Below are positions 28,247-38,119 of a stretch of DNA of 64,000 nucleotides, in pieces. This DNA comes from an uncultured Gemmatimonadales bacterium (lineage in GTDB: Bacteria > Gemmatimonadota > Gemmatimonadetes > Longimicrobiales > Gaopeijiaceae): NCBI GenBank assembly GCA_963823035.1, contig CAWGKG010000017.1:192001-256000 (forward strand), read 5' to 3'. Numbering within the stretch: position 1 is the stretch's first letter; each line of letters starts with the position of its first letter. Both the position numbers and the translations under genes were made by a program. The notes below the pieces were generated by a model, which saw nothing but the letters and a program-made list of their open reading frames with translations, was not told the origin of the DNA and made no database searches.

Positions 28247-29998
28247 GGCTGCGAGCCACCTTCCCCACCGGAACGCGCCGTCCAGCGGAGGTCGGCGATC
28301 TGGAAGTACGACCTCGCGTCCCACGACCGCGAGCGCAGCTCCATGCCGGACGCGATCCCGTCGCGCCCGCGGCTGAAGACGCCGCCACGACGACGCGCCC
28401 GCGACGCCGAAGTCGTAGCCTCGCGCACGGGGCCGAGCAGCATGGTCCCGTGCCTGCCGTCCGCTGCTCGAGCCCACCGGCCGAGCGGGAGCTCGGACAC
28501 GGCTCCGAGTTCATCGCTGTGGTACCACCCCACGTAGGGCGTCGCGGACACGGCGTCGAAGCGTGGAACCGGCACCCTGTTGCCGACGTCCCGGGTCGGG
28601 TCCTTCCCGGGTCGCGCCGCTCCACGACCAGGAGCGCCACGTCGCCGTCGGGTCCGGCTGCGAAGACCGTCCCGGGGCGGCTCAGGAGGAACCAGCCGTC
28701 GCCACGAGCCGGAAGAGGGGCATGAAGGGCGGTGATCCCGCGTGGCCGTACTCCAGGCGGCCGTCCCGCGGCCGCACCACCAGGACCGAGCCGTCCTCGA
28801 AGCGATACGCCCCGGCGTAGCCACGAAGACGCTCCCCGGGGACCTCCAAGCCCTCGGACTCGGCGGGCGGCGTCGAGATCATGCTGTCGGTCAGCATCAT
28901 CATGCTGGGTCCCGACGTCACCGGCCGCACCGGCTCGAGTCGGACGCCAGGAGGAGGTCGGCCGCGATGCGGGCGACCCGCGCCGGGTTGACGATGCCGG
29001 GCGACGCGGACGCGGCGGCCACCGCGAAGTCGAGATCCGGAAACACCTCGAAGTACGTCTCGGTGGCCACGCCGCTGCCGCCGTGGCTCAAGGTGGCCCG
29101 GCCCCGGTACTCCCCGAGCCCGATTCCCCATCAGGAGAGCGCTCCCGGAGGAGAGGGCCCCGGCTGCTCGATCCGGCCGTGGCGGCCGCGTCAGGTGGGA
29201 TGCAGGAGGTCGCCGCCGAACGCGTCATGTCTCCACGGTGCCGACCAGGCCGCCGGCACCGAAGGGCGTCCACCTGGCTCGCGACGAAGCGACCGTCGGG
29301 CCCCTTCACGAAGGGGAGCGCCCGGTCGGGAACCAGCGCTCGGGGGAGCCCGGGAAGCTCGACGCCGTCATCCCCAGACGCCGGAAGATGGCCGAGTCGG
29401 CATAGGCCGGGAACGACTTGCCGGAAACCCGCGCTACGATCTCGGCCAGGAGAGCGTACCCGCCGTTACCGTACCCCTCACGCTCCCCCGGAGCCCAGCG
29501 CAGGTGACGCTGTCGTAGGAGCACCCCCAGCACGTCCTGGTCGCTCACGGCGTCCCCGGGCTCCCACCCCGCGAGAGCCAGGAGTCCGTCACTGTCTTCC
29601 AGCCCGGAGGTGTGATGGAGGAGCTGCTCCAGGGTGACGCTCGCTCCGGAGAGATCCAGCTCCGGCAGGAAGCGTCCGGCGGGATCGTCGGGTGACAACG
29701 CGCCCGCCTCCGAGAGCTGGGCCACGGCGAAGCCGGTGAACTGCTTCGCCACGGAGGCCCAGTCGAATCGGGTGTCCAACGTGGCTCGAACACGCCGTTC
29801 CAGATCCGCGTACCCGGCGGCTCTGTGGTACACCACCTTCCCGTGATGCAGGACGGCCACCGCAACCGCGGGCAGGGGCTCGCCCGCGTCGACGGCGTCG
29901 AAGATCGAGTCGAGCACCCTGCTCGCGTCCTGTGCGCGCGCCGGGCCCGGCAGCCAAAGCACCGCCGCCGCAGCCCACCTCCAGGCCCGGGTCGTCAA
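28243..29998 (-). CDS. Secreted beta-lactamase-family serine hydrolase (heavily frameshifted 3' half)
   Basis: Signal peptide; FDWASVAKQFT (SxxK); LLHHTSGL; GYGNGGYALLAEIV (YxN); LGHLEPRRQ/HGG region; C-terminal RGYAGAYRFEDG-type domain. Confidence 0.8.
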
Positions 29999-30773
29999 CG
30001 CCCGGCGGGCTTGGCGAACCGCACGACCTCTTCGGCGCCACCGCGCCGGATCGTGAGGACGACATCGTCACCGGAGGCGACCTGATCGTAGAAGAGCTCC
30101 AGACCCGCCAGGGCCGAGATGCCGCGACCGTTCACCGCCACGACCACGTCGCCGACACGCAGGCTCACCCGATCGGCCGCCGGATCGGAGCCACGGAACA
30201 CCACCTCGGGCATCCCCTGACCGTTGTCGCGGATGTGCGCCCCCGCGATCACCACCTCGGCGGCCCCCCCGCCCGGAGGCGCCAGGTTCGTCCAGGCGCC
30301 GACGCCCCCGGAGGGCGCCGGACCACCATGTGCTCGCCCGCAGCCGCATGGACTGGGCGGCGAACCGGATCGTGCGCGCATCGTCGCCGCGGACCACCCC
30401 AGGACGACCTCGTCCCCTCGGGAATCGCGTCGGAGGCGGCCGTGAGGGCGTCGACTCCGGTCACCTGCGCACCCTGCATCGAGACGATGCGAACCCCCTC
30501 CGCGAGGAGGGCCGGATCGGAGCCGGGCGCCTCACCCTCCACCACCCCCCGCACCACCACCCCACCGGACTCCGACTCGAGCAACGCCATCCGGCCGCCC
30601 GGCAACGACATCACCGTGCCGTCCCCTCGTATCATTTGCATCTGCTGCCCCGCGGAGGGCATCGGCGCAACGGCCGACCACGACCCGGCCACCAGACCCA
30701 CGCACAGTGCCCGGACCGCTCTGCGGGCCGCTCGCGCGTCTCCCCAGGAAACCCTTTCCCCGTCACGACGCAT
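29995..30773 (-). CDS. Secreted tandem PDZ-domain protein (frameshifted)
   Basis: Signal peptide; LAEGVRIVSMQG and LRVGDVVVAVNG...GDDVVLTIRRGG PDZ-like motifs. Confidence 0.65.
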
Positions 30774-30800
30774 CCCATGTCCTCCCGAGGCGTGAGCCAG

Positions 30801-30832
30801 TGTGTATTTTTTCACAGTGTGGAATTCTACAC
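30801..30832. promoter_or_regulatory. Tandem BlaI/CopY-type operator-like palindromes
   Basis: AT-rich island: TGTGTATTTTTTCACA (30801-30816) next to GTGTGGAATTCTACAC (30817-30832), between divergent genes. Confidence 0.65.
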
Positions 30833-30853
30833 ATTACGGGGTTATCGTCAACC

Positions 30854-31252
30854 ATGACCCAGGATCCCCATGCCGGGCTCAGCGCCCGGGAACGCGAGAT
30901 GTTCGACATCGTCCTGCGCCTCGGTGAAGCCACGGCGGCTCGTGTCGAGTCCGAGATGGAGGACCCGCCCTCCAACGCCACCGTCCGTTCCACGCTTCGC
31001 ATTCTGGAGCGCAAGGGGTGGCTGGCCCACCGGCGTGACGGCGCGCGCTTCGTATACCACGCCACGCAAGCGGACGAAGGACTGCGCAGGAAGGCCGCAG
31101 GACATTTCGTGGACACGTTCTTCGGGGGTTCGGTGACTGAAGCCATGAGCGCGCTGCTGGACGGACGATCACGGGCGCTCAGCCCCGGGGACCAGCGCAG
31201 ACTCGACGAGATCCTGCGTCGCCTTGAGGAGGAGGACGAGGTTCGACGATGA
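30854..31252 (+). CDS. BlaI/MecI/CopY family transcriptional repressor
   Basis: LSAREREMFDIV...ATVRSTLRILERKGW...RFVY...FVDTFFGGS. Confidence 0.93.
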   Translation: MTQDPHAGLSAREREMFDIVLRLGEATAARVESEMEDPPSNATVRSTLRILERKGWLAHRRDGARFVYHATQADEGLRRKAAGHFVDTFFGGSVTEAMSALLDGRSRALSPGDQRRLDEILRRLEEEDEVRR

Positions 31253-32291
31253 GCATGATCTTCGCCTGGAGCGGCGCCGTCGACGGCGACGTGACCCGGT
31301 CGCGGTGATGGAGCGCGAGGCGCCGGAAGGTCCGCGGCGTTCCGTCATGCGCTGTGGGTCGCGGCGCTGGTACCGTTGGCGACCGCTCCGTTCGTCCTCG
31401 CGCTCGTAGCGGCGGAACCGGGTGCGGGAGGCACGGCCACCCTGGCCGTCTCTCCACCATCCTGGACACCGGCCCCCGCCGCGACGGGGACGCTCCCCTG
31501 GCTCGCTCTGGCATGGTCCATCCCCGCGGTCGCCCTCCTGCTGCGCTCGATCGTGGGCTGGATCCTGGCCGGGCGCCTGACCCGCCGCACCGAGACCCCG
31601 ACGCGCCGCAAAGGCTGGCGGACGCGGAGGAGGCGGCCCGACGGGTGGGCTGCGCTCCGTGCCGACGCTCGCGGTGAGCGCCGACGTCGCCGGGCCGGCG
31701 GTGGTGGGTCTGCACCGTCCGACGCTCCTCCTGCCTCCGGACACCCTCTCGGTCTCGCCCTCCTTTCGCCGGGCGATCCTGGAGCACGAGTTCGCGCACA
31801 TCTCCCGTCGTGACGTTCTCGCCACGCGGCTCTCCGCCATCGTTCGCGCGTTGCACTGGTACAATCCCGTGATGTGGTGGGCGGTGCGCCGCCTCGACCT
31901 CGCCGCGGAGTGCGCGTGCGACGACGCCGTTCTCCGTGCCGGGCTCTCCGCCCGGGAGTACGCGAAGGTCCTGGTGCACGCCGCCCGCCCTCGCGCCGCA
32001 GCGCCTGTGCTCCTCGGCGCCGGCTTCGGAACGGCTCCCATCGTGAATCGCCTCGCGGCATTGGCGTCGCCCCTCCGTACGAGGGAGGGCCTCCGCGCGC
32101 GCGAGCGGTCTCTGCTCTGCATCACGACGGTGCTGGCGTTCCTTCCCCTCGCCATCGGCTCGGCGCTCGCGGGGAAGGGCCACGACGGCGCACGGGCCAT
32201 GCAGCTCGGCCCCGACGCCACGTACACGTTCACGCCGGGCCCACCCTCGGCGGCAGCGGCGGGATCAGCCACGCCGACCCGGCGGAGGTAG
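31249..32291 (+). CDS. M56 family (BlaR1-like) membrane metallopeptidase (frameshifted)
   Basis: RHALWVAAL, GPAVVGLHRPTLLLP, ILEHEFAHISRRD, WYNPVMWW, ECACDDAVL...YAKVL. Confidence 0.9.
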
Positions 32292-32391
32292 CGGCCTCGA
32301 AGCGGGTTGGCACGCCGGCGCTGCGCGAGGGCCCGCGCGCCCCTCGGGGACCTCGCGTGGCCGCCGTTGTCCGGACCCCGTATTCTCAAGC

Positions 32392-33837
32392 GTGGATATC
32401 CGGACCAAGCTCGTCTTCGCCCTCGTCGTCGTCTCTCTGAGCAGCATGTTCGTGTTCGGTGCGGTCGTCGCGCCCCGAGTGGAGGGGTACATCAGGGACG
32501 GCACGCTCCAGCAGCTCGACCAGCTGGCCGAGGCGAAGCGTGAATCGCTGCGTTGGATCATTGCGGGCTGGCGTGATGGCGCCGACCTGGTCGCGAGCCG
32601 CACACAGCTGAGGGCGAGCCTCGACCAGCACGCGCGTACCGGCGAAGCCCCTCCCGTCGTCCGCATGCGGACGATCCTGAGCGACGCGATCGCCGCGTCT
32701 CGCAGCGCGACGCTCCTCGAGGTCTTCGACGTCGACGGCCGCCCGGTCGCTTCCGTAGCCCGGGGAGCCGTGGCCGACCTGCGGGCCGCCGCCACGCCGC
32801 TGAAGCCGCCTCCCGAGGGCGAGGCGGTCTACGTCGGCATCGCCTTCACGGAGTCCGGCGCGCCCCAGGTGGGCTTCCAGGCGCGCATGGTGTTCGACGG
32901 ACGGACGGTGGGAAGCCTCCTGGCCGTGTTCGACGCCCACGAGCTGGTCGAGCTGACCGCTCCCCGGCACGGCCTGGGGGAGACCGGCGAAACACTCATC
33001 GTCGCGCGGGACGATGCGGGGGCGCTCCGTACGCTCCACCCGACGCGGCACGATCCGGGCAGGGAGGGAAGCATCGTCCTCTCCGGTGACCCGACGGGCC
33101 TCGGGGCACGGGCGCTGTCCGGCGGGGCAAGCCCCATCGCGGGTGGCATCACCGACTACCGTGGTGAGGAGGTGTGGGCCGCCACACGCACGGTTCCCGA
33201 GGTCGGGTGGGCCCTGGTGGTGAAGGAAGATCGGGTCGAGGGAATGCGCGTCCCCAACGAGTTCCGGGACTGGCTGCGCCGAACGGCGCTCATTCTCTCC
33301 GCGTTCGCGATCCTGGCCGGGGCCGCACTGGGGCTTCGGTTCGCTCTCCCGATCCACGACCTGGCGGCGGTGGCCAACCGCATCCGGAAGGGCGAGATGG
33401 ACGCGCGTGCCGACACGGCGCGCGAGGACGAGGTCGGCGTGTTGGCCCGCACCTTCAACGAGATGGCGGACGAGCTCGAGACGCGCATGTCCCTCCTGCG
33501 CGAGTTCCGGAAGTTCTTCGAGGTCTCGATCGACCTGATGTGCATCGCCGGAACGGACGGATACTTCAAGCGCACGAATCCGGCATTCCGGCGCGTGCTC
33601 GGGTGGAGCGAGGAGGACCTCCTGACTCGGCCCTTCCTCGACATCGTGCACCCCGACGACGTCGCGAAGACCGAGCGAGAGATCGAGACGCTGGCGGAAG
33701 GCATCCCGACGATCTCGTTCGAGAACCGGTTCCGGTGCAAGGACGGGAGCTACAGGTCGCTGCGATGGGCGAGCTATCCGGAGGACGGGTTGTTGTACGC
33801 GATCGCCCACGTGATCGACGGCCCCCCCGCGGCCTGA
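32392..33837 (+). CDS. Membrane sensor: periplasmic Cache-like domain, HAMP and PAS, no output domain
   Basis: Two TMs; GLGETGETLIV...DYRGEEVWAA...WALVVK; HAMP DEVGVLARTFNEMA; PAS FLDIVHPDD...FENRFRCKDGSYR, then stop. Confidence 0.85.
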   Translation: MDIRTKLVFALVVVSLSSMFVFGAVVAPRVEGYIRDGTLQQLDQLAEAKRESLRWIIAGWRDGADLVASRTQLRASLDQHARTGEAPPVVRMRTILSDAIAASRSATLLEVFDVDGRPVASVARGAVADLRAAATPLKPPPEGEAVYVGIAFTESGAPQVGFQARMVFDGRTVGSLLAVFDAHELVELTAPRHGLGETGETLIVARDDAGALRTLHPTRHDPGREGSIVLSGDPTGLGARALSGGASPIAGGITDYRGEEVWAATRTVPEVGWALVVKEDRVEGMRVPNEFRDWLRRTALILSAFAILAGAALGLRFALPIHDLAAVANRIRKGEMDARADTAREDEVGVLARTFNEMADELETRMSLLREFRKFFEVSIDLMCIAGTDGYFKRTNPAFRRVLGWSEEDLLTRPFLDIVHPDDVAKTEREIETLAEGIPTISFENRFRCKDGSYRSLRWASYPEDGLLYAIAHVIDGPPAA

Positions 33838-33870
33838 GGCGGTCGCCCCCCCGATGAACCGAGCCGACGC

Positions 33871-34828
33871 TTGATCTACGCCCAACTGGCCGCAGGTCTC
33901 ATCTACCTGCTGGGGGGCGGCGACCTGCTCGTCCGGGGCGCCGTGGCCCTCGCCCGCCGCGCCCGCGTTCCCCAGACCGTCGTCGCCCTGACCATCGTCG
34001 GCCTCGGGACGTCGCTGCCCGAGCTGGTCGTGTCGGTTCGCGCGGCGCTCGAAGGATACCCCGGCCTCGCCCTCGGCAACGTGGTCGGGAGCAACATCGC
34101 CAACGTCCTCCTCGTGGGTGGTCTGGCCGCCGGAGTCCACCCCCTTCGGACGGGAGACCGCAGCGTCGCCCGGTCCGGGGTCGCCATGCTCGTGATCAGC
34201 CTCCTGTTCGCCGGGCTGTGCTTCCGTGGCCACGCGTTGACCCGGCCCGATGGCGGACTGCTGCTCGGCCTGCTCGTCGCGGGGCTGGCGCTCACCTCCC
34301 GCGACGCCCTCAGGGCCCAGCGCCCCGCCGCGTCGGCGCCGATGGAATGGGTACTCGGAGTTCCGAGCAGCCTGCCCATCATCGCGCTCTTCATCGGGGT
34401 CGGGCCTCGTGGTGCTGCCGCTGGGAGCGGCGCTCCTGGTGGACTCGGCCGTCGACATCGCGGGCCGTCTCGGCGTGTCTGAAACGGTCATCGGCCTCAC
34501 CGTCGTCGCGGTCGGAACGTCCCTGCCGGAGCTGGCGACCACCGTTCTGGCGGCCCGACGAGGAAAGACGGGCATGGTCGTCGGCACCATCGTGGGGAGC
34601 AACAACTTCAACATCCTCGCGATCATGGGCGTCGCGGCCGTGGTGAGCAGCGAGCCTGTCGCCGTACCCGAGCGCTTTCTCGTGTTCGACCTGCCCGTGA
34701 TGGTCGTCGCCAGCGTGGTCCTGGTGTGGTTCTCATGGCGAAGACGCCCCATCCGACGCAGCACCGGGGTCGTGCTCGCAGTCGCGTACGGCCTCTACAT
34801 CGGGGCACTCTACGTGGTGGGTCGGTGA
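33871..34828 (+). CDS. Ca2+/Na+ (cation:Ca2+) antiporter, YrbG-like (frameshift near 34405)
   Basis: Two alpha repeats: GTSLPEL...GNVVGSNIAN and GTSLPEL...GTIVGSNNFN. Confidence 0.93.
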
Positions 34829-34862
34829 CCGGTCGGCCCGAGCCGTCGGGCGCCGGTTCAGG

Positions 34863-35831
34863 TCATCGAACCCCGCTCGACACGCGGTCGAGGCCCACCA
34901 CCTCCTCCTCGCTCAACTCGAAGTCGAGCACGCCGGCGTTCGCCGTCGCCTGCCGGACGTTGCTGGCTCCGGGGATCGCCACCACGGTCTCTCCCCGTGC
35001 CTGGATCAGCCAGCGCAGCGCGACCTGCGCCGGGCTCACGCCATGGGCCTTCGCGACCGACGCGAGCGCGGCCACCACAGGCGCGCTCCTGCGCAGCCCG
35101 CTGGGCCGGAACGCGCGCTGGAAGCGGCGGGGGCCGGCTATAGGCTTCACGCGGTCGGGATCCTCGTGGAACCTGCCCGACAGCAGGCCCTGGGCCAGGG
35201 GCGAGTACGCGATGATCGTCACGCCCAGCTCGCGCGCGGCGGCCAGCACCCCGTTCGTCTCGATACGCCGGTCCAGCAGGCTGTAGCGCACCTGGTTCGA
35301 CGCCAAGGGCAGGCCGTGCCGCTCCAACACCCGGGCGGCGAGACGCATGGCGCGGGCGGAGAAGTTGCTCACTCCCACGGCCCGGATGCGACCCGCTTCC
35401 GCCAGCTCGGCCATGGCCTCCACCTGAGCCCTCTTCGTGGCGAGCGCCCCGAAGCCGATGTGGATCTGATGCAGGTCGATGCCATAGGGCGACAGGTGGG
35501 CCAGCCGGGCGTCGAGGGTCCGCCGGATCGAGCCCGCGGTGCGCAGGAGCGGCATCCACTTCGTGGCGATGACGACGGAGCCGTTCGGTCGGCCCGCCGC
35601 CTGGAGTGCGGCGGCCAAGGAGTCCTCGCTGCGGCCGGCGCCGTAGGCCTCGGCGGTGTCGAACCAGTCGATCCCGCCGTCCAGAGAGACCCGCACGATG
35701 TCGTTCACGACTTCCCGGGTGAGCGCCGGCCAGTACCGACCCGCCAGGCCTTCGCCTCCGGAGAACTGCCAACAGCCGAGGCCGATCGGTGCGACCCGGA
35801 TGTTCGTCGAGCCCAGAGTGCGCTTCGTCAT
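34863..35831 (-). CDS. Aldo/keto reductase
   Basis: IGLGCWQF, FDTAEAYG, IATK, IDLHQIH, RAVGVSNF, NQVRYSLL, IAYSPLAQG, IPGA. Confidence 0.96.
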   Translation of the reverse strand: MTKRTLGSTNIRVAPIGLGCWQFSGGEGLAGRYWPALTREVVNDIVRVSLDGGIDWFDTAEAYGAGRSEDSLAAALQAAGRPNGSVVIATKWMPLLRTAGSIRRTLDARLAHLSPYGIDLHQIHIGFGALATKRAQVEAMAELAEAGRIRAVGVSNFSARAMRLAARVLERHGLPLASNQVRYSLLDRRIETNGVLAAARELGVTIIAYSPLAQGLLSGRFHEDPDRVKPIAGPRRFQRAFRPSGLRRSAPVVAALASVAKAHGVSPAQVALRWLIQARGETVVAIPGASNVRQATANAGVLDFELSEEEVVGLDRVSSGVR

Positions 35832-36041
35832 GATGCGGCTCTCCCGCCCACCTGCCGAATTCCGTTTCCTCGAACGATCGCAGGACTCTTCCGCGAAGAC
35901 TACGGCGAGGGTTGCCGGTGGGCGGATGGAGCCTGGGTCGGACGAGGCAGGAGCGCGCCCTGTTGCCGCTCCTGGGCACTGTGTCTACCGTCCTTCAGAC
36001 CCTCCGGACCGTTCGATTCCTCCGACCGTCCCGGTACTCCC

Positions 36042-38091
36042 ATGCGCGCCCGCACGCACCTTCCGCTCCTCGTCCTTCTCGCGCTCCTCGCCTTCCCCGC
36101 AGCCTCGTCGGCACAAAGCCCCCATCACGTCCCGGGACCTCTGGTCGATGGCGCGCGTGGGGAGCCCCGCCCTGAGCCCGGACGGGGCCACCGTGCTCTA
36201 CACGGTCACCACCTACGACCTGACGGCGTTCCGTTCCAGGACGGAGATCTGGAGCGTGTCGGTGGCGGGCGGAGAGCCGCGTCCCTTCATCACCTCCGAG
36301 AGCGGCTCCAACAGCGCCCCCGCGTGGTCCCCCGACGGCCGACGCATCGCCTTCGTGTCGAGCCGGGGTGGCAACGGCTCGCAGATCTACGTCATGCCGG
36401 TGGACGGCGGCGAGGCACGGGCACTGACCGGCCTGGAAGGCGGCGCCGCGGGCCCGGTCTGGTCCCGGGACGGCCGGCGGATCCTCTTCACCAGCTCCGT
36501 CACGCCGACGGGCGACCCCACCGCCGAGCGGCTCGAGGCCATCGCCATGGGCGGCTCGGAGGCCAAGGTCTACGACGACCTCCAGTACCGCCACTGGGAC
36601 GAGTGGGAGGACGGCCAGCGGAGCCACGTGTTCGTGCTCGACGTGGCCACCGGCCAGAGCCGTGACGTCACGCCCGGCCCCTACGACACGCCGCCCGTGG
36701 CGCTGGGGGGCTTCTCGGACTACGACATCAGCCCCGACGGGGAGGAGGTCGCGTTCGTCCGCAACACGGACGTGCCCAGCATGGTGGGCACGGGGAACGA
36801 CGTGTGGCTCGTTCCCGCTGGCGGCGGCGAGCCCCGCCTTCTCACCCCGAGCGACGCCAACGACGTGTCGCCCCAGTACTCGCCGGACGGCCGCTTCATC
36901 GCCTACCTCGGCATGACACGCCCCGCGTTCGAGGCGGACCGCACCCAGCTGCTGCTGTACGACCGTCGCACCCAGGAGACCCGCAGCCTGACCGCGGATC
37001 TGGACCAGAGCGTGGACTTCTTCGCCTGGAGCGCCGATTCCCGGACCCTCTGGTTCCAGGCACAGGATCAGCTCTTCCACGCCACCTATCGCGTGGAGCT
37101 CGCGGGTGGCGCGCCCGTGAAGGTCACCGAGGGCGCCTACGACGGGGCGCTCCAGGTCTCGACGGACGGACGGACGCTGGTGGTGGCACGGCAGGCCACG
37201 GACCGGCCGGTGGACCTGTTCGCGCTCGACGCGGACGGGAAGGTGCGGCGACAGCTCACGCGGCAGAATCGGGACCTCCTCTCCCGACTCGCCCTCCAAC
37301 CGGCGGAGAGCTTCTGGGCCACCGGCGCCGAGGGGACGCCGGTGCAGGGCTTCATCGTACGGCCGCCCGACTTCGACCCGTCCAGGAAGTATCCGGTGGT
37401 CTTCCTCATCCACGGTGGACCCCAGGGCGCCTGGACCGACTCGTGGAGCTACCGGTGGAATCCCAACATGTTCGCTGCGCCCGGCTACGTGGTGGTGGTC
37501 GCCAACCCCCGGGGAAGCACGGGCTACGGCCAGACCTTCACGGACCAGATCTCAGGCGACTGGGGCGGCAAGGTCTACACGGATCTCATGGCCGCCCTGG
37601 ATCACGCCCTGGCCACGTACCCGTTCCTCGATGAGACCCGGGTGGCTGCCGCCGGAGCGTCCTACGGCGGGTACATGATCAACTGGATCAACGGCCACAC
37701 GGACCGCTTCCGTGCCCTCATCGACCACGACGGGCTGTTCGACATCCCGAGCATGTACGGCGCCACCGAGGAGCTCTGGTTCCCCGAGTGGGAGTTCGGC
37801 GGTCAGCCGTGGACGAACCCCGAGGGATTCCAGCGCTGGAACCCGGCCAACTCCGCCGGGAGCATGAACACGCCCACACTGGTCATCCATGGAGGGCTGG
37901 ACTACCGGGTGCCCTTCGACCAGGGGCTCGCCACGTTCACGACGCTCCGGCGCAGGAACGTGCCGGCCCGCTTTCTCTACTTCCCCGACGAGGGCCACTG
38001 GGTGCTGAAGCCCCAGAACGCCTTCGTGTGGTGGGACGAGATGCTGGGCTGGCTGGACCGGTACCTCGGGCCCCGAGGCGTGTCGGACTAG
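36042..38091 (+). CDS. S9 family (acylaminoacyl/dipeptidyl) peptidase, secreted (frameshift near 36120)
   Basis: Signal peptide; beta-propeller WSPDG repeats; IHGGPQ, NPRGSTGYG, GASYGG, DYRVP, DEGHW. Confidence 0.95.
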
Positions 38092-38119
38092 ACCACGATC
38101 GGCCTCCGATCCCGCGACG

